Below, one piece after another: positions 24,421 to 35,955 of a stretch of 64,000 bases of DNA. The DNA lies in NCBI RefSeq assembly GCF_000143415.4, contig NW_003314269.1:1557544-1621543 (forward strand), given 5' to 3'. A model generated the notes under the pieces. The model had not been told where the DNA came from, searched no databases, and worked only from the letters and a program-made list of their open reading frames with translations. The stretch's first letter is position 1. Each line of letters begins with the position of its first letter. The stretch is from Selaginella moellendorffii (lineage: Eukaryota > Plantae > Lycopodiophyta). The translations under genes and the position numbers were made by a program.

Positions 24421-24967
24421 TCACATGGGTGCTTCAGATAATTTTATGGTTTACATGTTTATTTTTATAAAATAAAAAGAAAAAACTAAAGTTTAGCTTT
24501 ATATACTTGAGTTAGCATTGCATAAGAGGACATTACACTTGATGCAACTCTTATAGATGAATATAGCTTGAACATGAGTTGGATTATGTTATTCTCACAA
24601 CCTAATTCAAATACATAAAGCTAGAAATCTAGTTTTTTCTTTTTTTTAATAGAATGATTTATAACCATATCTATTTATAAAGGTTATATTGATATTTTAT
24701 AATAAATGTTGATTACATATTAAAGAAAACCAAACCGCAGCAAATTATTTACAATTACCAATAGGTATTTTTAAAAATAATTTATCACATTATAACAATT
24801 TCTAGATTAATTTTTTTCCAAATAAAAATGGCAGACTGTATTGCTAGAAACTAATTTAAAACACTATAATAATAATGATAGGCAATTATGTTTTATTTTG
24901 TAATTATTAAGCATCATAAGTTATTAAAATTAATTATACCCCTAGTATATTCTTTGGGGTTGTGGCG

Positions 24968-25243
24968 ATGGCGGAGTACAGTAGTAAGGCGCAGAAAACT
25001 GCAACTGCCATTTCTACGCCTCCGCCAAGCAGCTGCACCACCACCACCGACGCACAAGGAACTCGTAAGCCTCCATTCACCATTGTCCAGGATGATAGCA
25101 AGCCGACTCTCCGCGACCCGGTAAGCCTTCACAATGCTAGTTTTTCCTTGAATCTTACGGCTTTGTTCCTACAGCTGACGACCTCCGACCCAATCGAGAC
25201 GGAGCAAATCCTCCTCCAGCCCCCCCTCTTCAGGAAAACGTGA
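24968..25243 (+). CDS. Small uncharacterised plant protein (~73 aa, 2 exons; intron 25121-25174)
   Basis: Product MAEYSSKAQ...PPFTIVQDDSKPTLRDP|LTTSDPIETEQILLQPPLFRKT*. The GT-AG intron is canonical. The DD.KP.L.DP...SDPIETE motif resembles a conserved small plant protein family (recalled). Confidence 0.7.
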   Translation: MAEYSSKAQKTATAISTPPPSSCTTTTDAQGTRKPPFTIVQDDSKPTLRDPVSLHNASFSLNLTALFLQLTTSDPIETEQILLQPPLFRKT

Positions 25244-25399
25244 AGTGGAGAGGTGAAAGTCTCAAAGAGTTTGCTTTGGTTTTTGCAGTCAGGAGATCTG
25301 TGATTCATTTCTTCTGTGCAGGATGGTTAGGAATGTGAAAGGTAGGACTGGTTTTTTTCGCTTCTTTGCAAGCTCTTTTCAAGGTTGACGAGAGAAACC

Positions 25400-27214
25400 A
25401 TGGTGGATAAAGCCAACTTTCCGCTCGGGAGCGTTGCCTCTTACAACAGTGTGCTCTCCGGATTCGCACGGGCTCATCTGTGGAGCAAGGCAGAGAGCCT
25501 CTTGGCTCAAATCCTCCACACACACCGCACAGATTCCAGTCTCGTCTCCACGAGCTTCGGCTTGGTGATCAGCTCCTACGGCAAAGCTGGCATGCTCGCA
25601 AACATGGAGAGCCTCTTCCGCTGCATGCTCAACGAAGGCTGCTCGCCGAGCACGTCGACTTTCAACGCGATGATCAGCGTCTACGGCAAGGCGCTACGAA
25701 TCCCAGACATGGAAGCCGCTCTACAAGCCATGCTTGCGGAGTTTCCAGGAGTGGAACCGAACGTTATCACCTGGTGCTGCCTGGCCGACGCTTACAGGAG
25801 AGCGAAGCTCGACGCTCGGGTCGACATGGCTCTGGAGAAACTGCTGCTCAAGCCGGAGGAGCTCGACGCAAAGGCGTATGGTCTCATGGTGGACATCTAC
25901 GGGCGAAGGAAGGACTTCCAGAGCGTGGAGAGATGCTACAGGGACATGGTAGACGCGGGTTTCAAGCCCGACGTCTCGGCCTGGACGTCGATGGTGAAGA
26001 GCTTCGGCGCGGCCAAGGGACGTGACGGCGTGGACGAGATCTTGAGCCGTGTTTCGTCGTCCCAGCTCGAGCCGGACGCGAGGTTCTACTTGTCTCTTCT
26101 CGAGAGCTACCGAGCGAGTGGTTCTTTCAGAAAGATGGAGGAAGTTTTGCGCCTGCTCAAGCGATCCAAGCCCAGCAAGGCCGAGCTCGTCAAGGCTGCC
26201 AACATCGTCTTGGACGCGTATGGAGCGAAGGGGTCTATCAGGAGGATGGAGCAGACGCTGGACGAAATGGAGGACGATGGCATAGAGCCCGACTCACGGA
26301 CTTACACCGCGCTCGTCGCTGGATACGCAAAGGCAAGGATGGTGAGGAGAATGGAGAGTACGTTTCTGCGGATGCGAGTGGCATGCTGCGCTCCAGACGA
26401 GTTCGTCTACAATGCGTTAATCGATGGGTACGCGAGCTTGGGCATGGTGGAAGAGGCCGAGCAAAAGCTTGCGGAGATGTCCAGGGCGGGGCTCAAGGCG
26501 AGCGTGGTGGAGCTCACGTCGGTGCTAAACTCGTACAAGAACTCGCCACACCACAGGGCTCGTTTGCCGGCGAGATTCTTCCAGCTCCAGCGAGAGTTTG
26601 GAGGAGAGATCTTTCGGCCGGACGAGCAGACAATGGCGGTCTTTCTGTCCGCTCTCGAGGCCGCGGATTCGACCGGAGCGAGGGCGGAGCTGGTGGAGTG
26701 TATCCGGCGGTGTGATAGCTCTGGAACAGTGGCCAAGCTCTTGGAAGCTCCATGCGAAGAGAACGAGATCATGGATCTGGATGGCGGCGGGAGGCTTTGG
26801 AATGGCGTCGAGCGATTGCTACTGAGAGCCAAGGATCCGGCCGTGCTGTGCGACTCGCTGGTGGATGTTTTGTCATTCCATGGGCTTGGCGCGAGAGCTT
26901 CAAGGTTGCTGGGCATAGCTTGGGATCGTGGCTTGCTTCCAAGGCTGGAGAGTGTCCGAGGGGATGCAATTGTTCTGGATCTTCATGGTTTCTCTGTGAG
27001 GGTGGCCGAGGTGGCTTTGATGCTGTGGCTCTCGAGGCTGGAGAGCTCGGGACGTCCATTTGGTTCCATTAGCATTGTCACGGGATGGGGAAGAAGCAGC
27101 AAAAGCTGTGGTCATTCTCTGCTCAAAAGTGCTGTTGAGGCAATTCTATGGAAGCGAGAATTGCCCTTTGCATGGGATAGAAACTCGGCAGTTCTAAATG
27201 TTAGATTACAATAG
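25400..27214 (+). CDS. P-type pentatricopeptide repeat protein with C-terminal SMR domain
   Basis: Multiple 35-aa PPR motifs (PSTSTFNAMISVYGK, PDSRTYTALVAGYAK, PDEFVYNALIDGYAS) followed by SMR motifs LDLHGFS...ISIVTGWG. The true 5' end may be spliced from upstream. Confidence 0.92.
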   Translation: MVDKANFPLGSVASYNSVLSGFARAHLWSKAESLLAQILHTHRTDSSLVSTSFGLVISSYGKAGMLANMESLFRCMLNEGCSPSTSTFNAMISVYGKALRIPDMEAALQAMLAEFPGVEPNVITWCCLADAYRRAKLDARVDMALEKLLLKPEELDAKAYGLMVDIYGRRKDFQSVERCYRDMVDAGFKPDVSAWTSMVKSFGAAKGRDGVDEILSRVSSSQLEPDARFYLSLLESYRASGSFRKMEEVLRLLKRSKPSKAELVKAANIVLDAYGAKGSIRRMEQTLDEMEDDGIEPDSRTYTALVAGYAKARMVRRMESTFLRMRVACCAPDEFVYNALIDGYASLGMVEEAEQKLAEMSRAGLKASVVELTSVLNSYKNSPHHRARLPARFFQLQREFGGEIFRPDEQTMAVFLSALEAADSTGARAELVECIRRCDSSGTVAKLLEAPCEENEIMDLDGGGRLWNGVERLLLRAKDPAVLCDSLVDVLSFHGLGARASRLLGIAWDRGLLPRLESVRGDAIVLDLHGFSVRVAEVALMLWLSRLESSGRPFGSISIVTGWGRSSKSCGHSLLKSAVEAILWKRELPFAWDRNSAVLNVRLQ

Positions 27215-27458
27215 AGATGATAAGGTTCGCAACTTTGGAATTTCTGGTTATACTTGGAGGCAAATTGGCATTCATTTCCGAAGTTCCATTTTTCACTTTA
27301 TATAACCAAGGTCCTGCCTTTTTTTAAAGTTTTATAAAAGTTAAAGATAATTACATCTTCTTTATTTAATAACAGAATCCTGTTCCTATTTCTAATGTTT
27401 CGACTGATATGCCTATTTAAATTATAAAAAACCCTGTTTTTATTTACTTAATATTAAG

Positions 27459-28322
27459 ATGAATACTTTCAATATTAGAAAGCTAATTTTACTTATCTTA
27501 CTTAACTACTTATTTCATTTTATTTATGCTCCTCCAGGATCTCAGCCTCGGTTTGGAATTAGTGGTATTTTAAATCCTCAAGATATACATAAAATAATTA
27601 TTGCTTTTAACAGTTTGTTATTTAAACTTAATAATAAAGAGCTTTATCCATCAAAATTTGGAGATGGGACTGTAATACCTGTATCACAAGGGTATATAGA
27701 TATAATAATTAAAGCAAAAGATCAATGTTTTTATGAAGATTCTGTTATAGGTTTTAATATTAAACGTGGAATTGAAAGTCTTTTAGAAGCTAGTAAAGAA
27801 CTTATGTTTATCAATAATTCAGATTTTTTTGAAAGAGAAAGTCAAAAATATTTCATACAATATAAATTAATACGTCCAAAATCAAGAGAGTTTGCTGATC
27901 ATAATACAATTTTAGATAAACAGTTAAATTGTCATCTTAGAAGTAATACTTTATTTCCTGGTTCAGTTATGTATGTTGATCATTTTTTAGTGTCTTCAAA
28001 TGGTAAAAATATATTTATTTTAAAGTCTAATTGCAATATTATGTTTTATTCATCAAATAAACTTCTTTGGGAATCAAATACTTCTATAAAAAATGTTAAT
28101 AATTGTTTTCTTACTTTACAGTTTGATGGTAATTTAGTTATGTATTATGATAATAAATCTCTATGGGCCACCAATACATTTTGTAAAAATCAACCAAATT
28201 GCATATTTTTAACTTTATTTACTATTCAAAATGATTGTAATTTTATCGTTTATACCTCAAAATTTCCAAATGCTGCTTTATGGACATCAGGTACTAAAGA
28301 CCATGTATTATGCTCATATTAA
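27459..28322 (+). CDS. Secreted protein with unknown N-terminal domain and C-terminal bulb-type (GNA) mannose-binding lectin domain; intronless, very AT-rich
   Basis: Hydrophobic signal LILLILLNYLFHFIYA. QxDxNxVxY-type motifs QFDGNLVMY and QNDCNFIVY, plus LWESNT/LWATNT/LWTSGT repeats. A TATA-like element (TATTTAAATTATAAAA) lies ~40 bp upstream. Confidence 0.85.
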   Translation: MNTFNIRKLILLILLNYLFHFIYAPPGSQPRFGISGILNPQDIHKIIIAFNSLLFKLNNKELYPSKFGDGTVIPVSQGYIDIIIKAKDQCFYEDSVIGFNIKRGIESLLEASKELMFINNSDFFERESQKYFIQYKLIRPKSREFADHNTILDKQLNCHLRSNTLFPGSVMYVDHFLVSSNGKNIFILKSNCNIMFYSSNKLLWESNTSIKNVNNCFLTLQFDGNLVMYYDNKSLWATNTFCKNQPNCIFLTLFTIQNDCNFIVYTSKFPNAALWTSGTKDHVLCSY

Positions 28323-28471
28323 TCCTATTAAATGTTTAATCTATTGCATTTAATAAATTTTAAAATCACAAAATATATTACACAAAGATCAATAATATGC
28401 AGAAAAAAAAAATTATAAACCAAAATAAACAATATTCCTTAGGAATCTGTGAGTTAAGTCATGATTAAATT

Positions 28472-29774
28472 CTAATAGCTAAGAATGTCAAACTGCCTTT
28501 GCCGTGCTCGAGCTCTATCTTTTTCTCGCTGGCTCTTGTGGTGGAAGCAGTGTGGACATGACACCCCAGCCTCCCATTCCGGAGACGCCATGTCTTGCTT
28601 GTTCACTGGCTTCTTACAAGCATAGCAGAGATCATACGTTCCAGGCACCAAGCTATGCTCCACCGAAACTCTACGATCAAACACGAAGCACTCGCCGTGC
28701 CACAAGCTCTCTGCCGGTTGTGTCTCTTCCAAGTATCTGAGAATGCCTCCCTCAAGATGATAAACCTATAAAGATGCCTGCTGGAAAACGTTCAAGCTTT
28801 TTCAGTTTCAAGTTACCTCGTCGAATCCTCGGTCGAGTAAAAATGCGGTTGCTTTCTCGCATCTGATTCCTCCAGTGCAAAACGTAGCGATTCGGCGAGG
28901 GCGATCGCCCTTGAGGCTGAGGTTTTTGTCCACCCAGTCGGGGAACTCTCGAAAAGAGGCTGTTTTAGGATCCAGCGCTCCTTTGAAGCTACCAATGCGA
29001 GTTTCGTACGAGTTTCTCACGTCGATCACCACCTTGGATGCACAAAGTGGTCTCAGCGCATGGAAGGAGAAATGGACGCGAGGTTTTTACCGTTTCGGGA
29101 TCACTGATAAGTTCGTTCCAGTCCGACGGCTTCACGTATTGTCCAGCTTTGTTTGCAGGATCAAGGCCTGGAACTCCGAGAGGAACCACCTTTGTTTTGA
29201 TAGAAAATGAGGAAATTTTTCCAACTTTTGACAAGAAGAGGGATACATACCTCTTTCTTTAGCCTCACTCGAACGTGGTTCCATCGAAACGCACCATCAC
29301 TGCCAACTTCATCGTAAGACGCTGGTGCTCGAGTTATCCTCAGATTTGCGAGGCGAGCGTCTGCCTGGATGCTCTCCAAGACCTCCGCCACGGCTTTTTT
29401 CGTGCCAGAGATACTGCCATTGATGCCCTCGGCAGCGAGAATGATACCCCCTGAAACATGCTGCTCAGGAGTCACTTCCAAAAATCTCTGGGAAGTTTTT
29501 TTTTTTTGTTCGTTTGAAGGCTTACCAGTCTGCCGCAAACATCCACTAGAGATTGTCTCTTCGTTGTATAGTCGGGAATATCAGCAAACTTATAGAATGA
29601 CACGACTGTAAGATCATCCAAGTTCTTGGTGCTCGCGAGCTTATTCGTAACTTCATCGTCTTCGCTGGGATCCTTGGTGCTTGCATTAACCAACACTGTC
29701 ATTCTAGCGCTAGCTCTAGAGGAACCACACATGAGCTCCTTACCGGTGAAACACGGCGACAAGCCTTGCAACAT
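28472..29774 (-). CDS. Rhodanese-domain protein, TrhO/YceA (UPF0176, tRNA U34 hydroxylase-like), multi-exon
   Basis: [44 protein letters not shown], active-site [25 protein letters not shown] and SCPHC. The start codon is uncertain (29774 or 29732). Confidence 0.9.
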
Positions 29775-29803
29775 CACAAAAACTAAAGCCCTAAACTCTG
29801 GCC

Positions 29804-31119
29804 ATGGCCTCGTCTTCCATTGTAACTTCTTACACTTCACAGTGGTTTCCAAAGAAGCTCCCGGGAGCAAACGCCGCGGCAAATAGATTTAAATCGTCGC
29901 GGGTGTTCTTCGTCCAGCCTCGAGCAGCAGCAGCGAGCGATTCTTCAGTGAAAGCGCTATTTTTCGATTGCGATGGCGTTTTGGTTGACACAGAGAAGGA
30001 TGGTCATCGAGTTTCCTTCAATCAGACCTTCAAGGAGGTAAGTTGCAGTTAGAAATGCTCCAAGTTTCAAGGATCTTCCTCGCATTCTTTTCCAAAACAG
30101 AAAGGATTGGACACAGTCTGGGACGTGGAGCTCTACGGAGAATTGCTCAAGATTGGAGGCGGCAAAGAACGGTTTGTCTTGCAAGTTCTTCGTGTTCTAC
30201 ACTGGCAAAGTTTGTTAACTTCGATACTTCCAAGCTTCTTGGCAGCATGACACACTACTTCAATCAAGTTGGATGGCCCGACGCTGCTCCAAAAGACTCC
30301 GCCGAGAGAAAAGCTTTCGTAGCATCGCTGCACAAGCGAAAGACGGACTTGTTCATGGAGCTTATCGATACTAAAGAACTTCCACTTCGTCCAGGAGTTG
30401 CCAGGTGCTTCTTTTTCTTCTTCTTTTGTAACTATCGATGCTATCAGGTTAGTCGACGAAGCACTTGCGAAGAACATCAAGGTCGCCGTTTGTAGCACCT
30501 CAAACGAAAAAGCTGTAAGATCACGCACACTGTTTGGTCGATAATATTTGTGTGCCAACAGGTCTCGGCTATTGTCAATGTTTTGCTCGGTCCTTTGAGA
30601 GCCAGATCCATTTCCATCTTCGCTGGCGATGTAGTCCCTCGCAAAAAACCAGATCCAGTTAAGAAATCCAGTGTTGGAAGGTTTTCTTCCCTGTGGTTGT
30701 GTTCCTGATTGGTCTCGCCTCGCAGGCCATCTATACTTTGGCTGCTACATCTTTCCAAGTTGAGCCTTCGAGGTGCTGCAAAAACTTTTCTCCGCAATCA
30801 CGAGATTTGTTTCTTGATTTTTGCACAAACTTCGTTGATGTTTGATGCAGTTGCGTGGTCATCGAGGACAGTGGGATTGGCCTCCAATCTGCCAAAGCTG
30901 CCGGGATGACTTGCATTGTCACCAAGAGCGTGTATGTAGCACTCTTTCCTTTCTTGTTCTTCGTCTTTGGTATGAAAGTTTTCTCAAGAAATGTTTGTTT
31001 TCTCTTCCGCCAGATATACTGCGGATGAAAACTTCGATCGAGCTGATGCTGTGTTTGATTTCATCGATTTTGGCATTGAGTTTTGTGAGTCCTTGGTGAC
31101 GAGCAAAGTTCTTAGCTGA
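29804..31119 (+). CDS. CBBY: CbbY-like HAD phosphatase (xylulose-1,5-bisphosphate phosphatase family), plastid transit peptide, multi-exon
   Basis: MASSS transit peptide, ALFFDCDGVLVDTEKDGHRVSFN, IGGGKE, AVCSTSNEKAV, KKPDPAIY, CVVIEDSGIG. Ends SKVLS*. Confidence 0.93.
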
Positions 31120-31478
31120 TGAATCGCATTATCTCGTCCTGGTATATGTTTCTTTGTTTAAAACCAAAAACCTTTCTCTTTGGTATCCAGTTATGAGCTC
31201 GTTCGATCAAAGGAATTCACCATATGAGCCAAGCGAATTCACCATATAAGTTCGATCCACCAAACGTATTCATTCCTATCTATTTGATCGTGACTACCAT
31301 ATCAAAGCTAAGCACAAATTCAAAGAATGGCACAAGACATTTTTCTTAAGCGTGCAAAAATTTAAAGTAGGCTCTGCTACCTGGAGAGCGCAGGCTTTGG
31401 ACAAGGAGCGAACCAGGCGCGATGGTCGTTTTACGTGCCAGCGTGGCCAGCCACGTCACCATCTTGTGTAGTTCCTAG
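30803..31478 (+). repeat. Copy A of a ~0.7 kb direct repeat (CbbY last exons + 3' spacer)
   Basis: Colinear with 50532-51228 from AGATTTG... through CACGTCACCA...TGTG..GTTCCTAG. Confidence 0.92.
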
Positions 31479-32351
31479 CAAGAAATGACCTTTGTCACCC
31501 AAGATACAAGCCTGGTTTCCTATGTTCCAGAAAACTCTCGAGAGCTTTAGCGCTCGACAGTGGCACGCTTGAATACTTTGGAGCGCTCAGAAGCTCCGCC
31601 ACTCTGCTGGAGCTCTCACATTCGACGCATTTTAGCTGGTTATAGAAGCTGCTGGATTTGTTCTTCCCAAGGTATGATCTAGAGCTTTAGATCTTTGTTT
31701 TATTCTCTAGATTGGAGCACATGATTGGTTTTAGATACTTATCTAGCTTGCTGTTTTGTACCACAAGGAAGAAACTCATCATCTTTATCAGCAGATCACT
31801 GTTCGGATCCTTTGTAAGTTATTTGTAAACTCCTTATGTGTTTGATATTCATACACGGATCATCTCAAATGCACCGATGCTTCTGGACGGGAATTATGTT
31901 TTCTAACAGAACTTTCTATCGTTTGGAGAGATCACACAGGAGATGGAACTCCGAAGCGTGCCTGTTTCATCTAAAGCTCTAGAATCCCGAAAGGAAGAAA
32001 TCGGCTTAATGTTGAGGGTTTTGACAGCGTCAATAAACACCCTATCCAGATAAGCAAAAGCCCTTATAAGTTTGCGTAAACATACAATTACTAAACTAAA
32101 CTTCAGCTCAAACGTTTCAGCTCAAAAGTTTCAAAAGCTTCAAGTTCAAGGTGCCAAAGATCAACCAAGATGCAAGTAAGGTAAAAGTCTTGCTTTTTCA
32201 AGCTTGTATGTACTGTTTTGGCTCTCACCAAGGCTCTCAATCTCATGCAAAAGAACCTCAAACTGCTGAGAAGCAGCACAAAACTCCACATTTACACATT
32301 CTCACCGGTTGATTCTTTTGCAGGTAGATGGACGTGTAAATTTTGAATGAA

Positions 32352-32645
32352 GTGGCAGCCATTGCCTCTGATGGCGCTTGGAATCTCCTCACAAGCAGGA
32401 GGTGCTGTCCGATAGATTGGATGCACAAATATCCTCTCTTCTGGAAATAAAACATCTCCATGAAGCTCTGGAAGTTTTTATGATTTTGCAAATACTTGTT
32501 TGTGGCAGCCATTGCCTCTGATGGCTGGAACCACTTCACAAGCAGGCGGTAGCTTGGATGCACAAATATCCTCTCTTCTGGAAAGAAAACATCTCCATGA
32601 AGTTCTGGAAGTTTTTATGATTTTGCAAATACTTGTTTGTGACAG
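32352..32645. repeat. ~150 bp tandem duplication (2 copies)
   Basis: GTGGCAGCCATTGCCTCTGATGG...TTGGATGCACAAATATCCTCTCTTCTGGAAA...TTTGCAAATACTTGTTTGTG begins at 32352 and again at 32502. Confidence 0.9.
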
Positions 32646-32849
32646 TGACAACAAAAAGTATAAGAATAAACCTAAAATATTTTAAAACAAAATAAATGGT
32701 AATGGTAAAGTTTGATCTTGTTCCTTGGTGGGAATGGCGCCGCAGATACTGCGCAGGCACCCGTGTAGCCGGGAACTTAGGGTTCTTCACGGCATGTGTC
32801 TAGCAGGAGGTGAGCCATATTCAATCCAGCTTCTACGCGGCCTAAAGAG

Positions 32850-33960
32850 AAAAGCGATGGATCCCAGGCGTATATCGAGGCGCTAGCACTCTCCATCCCG
32901 CTCCATCGATCCTAAAAGATCTTCTCCAGGACGTCATCGATGCCGGATTCCAGCTCCAGCGCCATTCGTGCAAGCTCCGGGGGCGAATGCCGGTGCCTGA
33001 AGCCCAATACCACGCTACCTCGTCAGCATACTTCTCAGCCACTCGCCGCAGTGAGTGGTTTTGCAGTACAGCTGGCAATAACTCTTTGCAGGCTGGGAAT
33101 GACACAAGTGCTGTGCCGCGCTGTTCTTCGTGTTGCCGCGCTCGCCAGTGCTTCTGCACAGCTCTAAGAGAGTGCTTCACCAGGTTGCTCTCGCTACCCG
33201 AGTCATAGCTCTCTCAGTCGATGATGCCAGTGTCACTCACACGTTCTCCCAACACATTGCAGCTCCCCGGGAGTTCCGAGAGAAACAGGCACTGTTACCG
33301 TACGAGGATGCTTTATCAACTTCACTGAGCATCTCTTCCAGGAAGTGGAAGAAATGGTGGCTGTGACGGCCAAGGGCTCGACTTTGGTGGATCCATTTCG
33401 GGGTGCTGAGCATCACAGAGCCCGCCGGGAGCATTTCGGTGGTACCACCATTGCATTTGCTAATCATTGGCGGCAATGGAGACGCCCGTGAAGTAGCTTT
33501 AGCGTGGATGACACCGATTTGGCGCCCGGACGTCAAGCTGCACAGCATGTCATGAGGATCAAACCGCAGGACAATTCAACTTCTACAGTCATGGTCTCGC
33601 AAGCTCGAATAAGATAGAGAATACTCGCGGAGTTCATCCACTTGTGCTCGGCAGGTAAGTCAAAACACTTAAGTTTTCTCTGTAAAGTTCTTACACTTCC
33701 TCTACTCCCAGGTCCAGATAAAGTTCTTACACTTCCTCTACTCCCAGGTCCAGAGAGCGATGGTTCTACTCCTCGAGGAGGGCAGCGCTCTTCCGCGTAA
33801 AAAAAGGGACACTCTTTGGTGCAACCTCGTCTACTTTCCAGCTTCACCACCACTGAGGAACGATCCTTGCAAAGGACGGATGCTGGAGTTGCAGCTATGG
33901 AATCCTGAGATACAAGCTAGTGTAGGCGGGGAAACTTTGGAGGAGGTGAGACCCAAGTGA
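32850..33960 (+). pseudogene. Fragmented lineage-specific gene sequence, paralogous (inverted) to 50100-50531; includes a 36 bp tandem duplication at 33683-33754
   Basis: Shared segments IF.EVEEMVA..AKGSTLV and KVLTLPL.PGPESD.STP.G.Q at both loci. The frames are interrupted and no family was recognised. Confidence 0.5.
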
Positions 33961-34299
33961 AGTTCAGATGGCAGTGGGGTTGAAATGGTGTTCAAGGCGA
34001 GCTCCAAGTTGCGGATGCAGTTCATGTCCCAGATTCTAGCGTCCAATCAACCGGCTACCTAGAGCTCGGTGACGGCTTGCGCGCTCACACCAGTGGAGAT
34101 GCGAACAACACCAACGCGATCCGGCGCGGAGCTGGCACGAAGCTCAAGTTCTCGACGAGCCGGATACTCAAGTGGCGGATCGCAGCTGCGGGAATTGGGA
34201 GTGGCCGCCGTGGGTGGCATCGTCGGATTCGTCTCTCCCGATCAGCACGGTGATCGTGCTCGCCTGGAGATCAAGATCATCCAAAAACCAGAGGAGATG

Positions 34300-35880
34300 G
34301 AGCTGGAGGGGCGCCACAGCGATTCCAGGAATTCTCGGTTTGTAAGTGTTCCTGGAGCAGCGTGAAAGTTCTTCCCGCAAAAATTTGAATTCAAATAAGC
34401 TCACGACCCACACGACGGCCCCGATTAAAGTTCGAGGGTCTCGCTTTCCATGCCGAGCCTGGGTGCCGAACCTGGGCTGGTTGGGGTAAAAGAATAGCTT
34501 GGCAACCCGCGCGTCTTCCAGAGCATCGCAGCTCACAGGGGGCTAGGGTTTCCTGTGGAAAGCCCGGTTGCTGCATCAGAAATGCATTTGATCAATTCGT
34601 GATGTCATCAGGATTTCCAGGTGGGAGAACTTCCAGATCTTCCAACAGCGGATCTTGTTCCGGAGTTAGAGCCAGGACGACAAAGTCGAGCAGCATTCGT
34701 CGAGGTTAGCTTTGCATCTCCTACACTTTGACAAGAGTGTGATGGTTTCCAGGTTTTCCCTGTGAGTGAGGGTGCAACAACATCACATGTCAAGGGAGCG
34801 CACGGAGATTCTACATTAGGCGAGGTATAACATGGCAGATGCATTGACAAAGATTATGATCAATCCGTCATGACTTCTAGGCACGAGAGTATGAGCTTCT
34901 TCCAGATCATCCATCAGCCGCTGCTGTTCCAGAGCTAGAACCGGGAAGACATAGTGGAGAAGCATTCATCCAGGTAGCATCGAATCCCCGACACTTTGTC
35001 AAGAATGCACGTCAATCCATGATGGTCTCCAGGTTTTCCTCATGTGTGAGGGTGCAACAACGTCGCATGTTGAGGGAGCGAACGGAGATTCTACATCAGG
35101 TGAGGTATAGATGATTTAAAGACAATTCGTCATGACATCCAGGAGTTCCAGGCACGAGAGTGTGAGCTGCTTCCACATTTTCCACCAGCCGCTGCTGTTC
35201 CGGAGCTAGAGCCACCACGACAAAGTGTCATCCAGGTAGCATCACATCCCTGAAACTTTAACAACAATGCACAACAACTTGTGATGGTTTCCAGGATTAT
35301 CCTGTGCATGAGGTTGCAACAACGTTGCATGTCAAGGGAGTGTGCAGAGTTTCTACATCAGGTGAGGTATAACAGATGCATTAATTGACAAGATTGTGAT
35401 CAATCTCTGATGGATTTTAGGTTTCTATGTTGGTGTAGCCTTTTTCCACACTAGGGAATGTATCATTACAGAAACAATACAGAGATCACAATGTTAATGC
35501 TTGGTTGAAAAAGTATTTTTATTCTTCACTTTGATCTTATGGTTTATTTTATGGTATATGAGAGTTTTATTGAAGCATTTAAAATGCTATATTAAAGAGA
35601 ATAGTTGGTTTTATTGCAAGCAATGTGTCAAAGAAGCTATTAACCCCATGGTTACCATGGTTAGTGACTCATCTTGTAGGTTTTATAATAAAGTGATAAA
35701 TTAATTCTACTCAAAATTCAAGGTAAATGTTTATTAGAAAATTAGTTGTTAATGAACTATTTTTAAAATGATTACTGGATAAACAACATGAATTATAGTG
35801 GACCTGGGCACCCAATTGAGTTTTACTATAAGATTTAACTAGAAAAGAAGTTCCTGATTTACAGATTAAAAAACATGTAT
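34300..35880 (+). pseudogene. Orphan multi-exon (pseudo)gene with three tandem two-exon modules; continues at ~47050-47420 after the retrotransposon nest
   Basis: Three ~260 bp units at 34610-35370, each AG|..LP..P.A..VPELEP...|GT..AG|.FP..EGATT.HV.G...ST.GE|GTATA. Later exons contain stops. Confidence 0.6.
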
Positions 35881-35900
35881 ATGTGTATGTATGTATATGT

Positions 35901-35906
<6 letters not shown>

Positions 35907-35951
<45 letters not shown>
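35907..35951. repeat. (TA)n microsatellite abutting LTR
   Basis: TA run directly visible, preceded by (TATG)n. Confidence 0.95.

Positions 35952-35955
<4 letters not shown>

Noticed and set aside
33831-34536. LRR/F-box-like fragments on the minus strand
   Set aside because: Only vague leucine periodicity, interrupted frames and overlap with plus-strand fragments.
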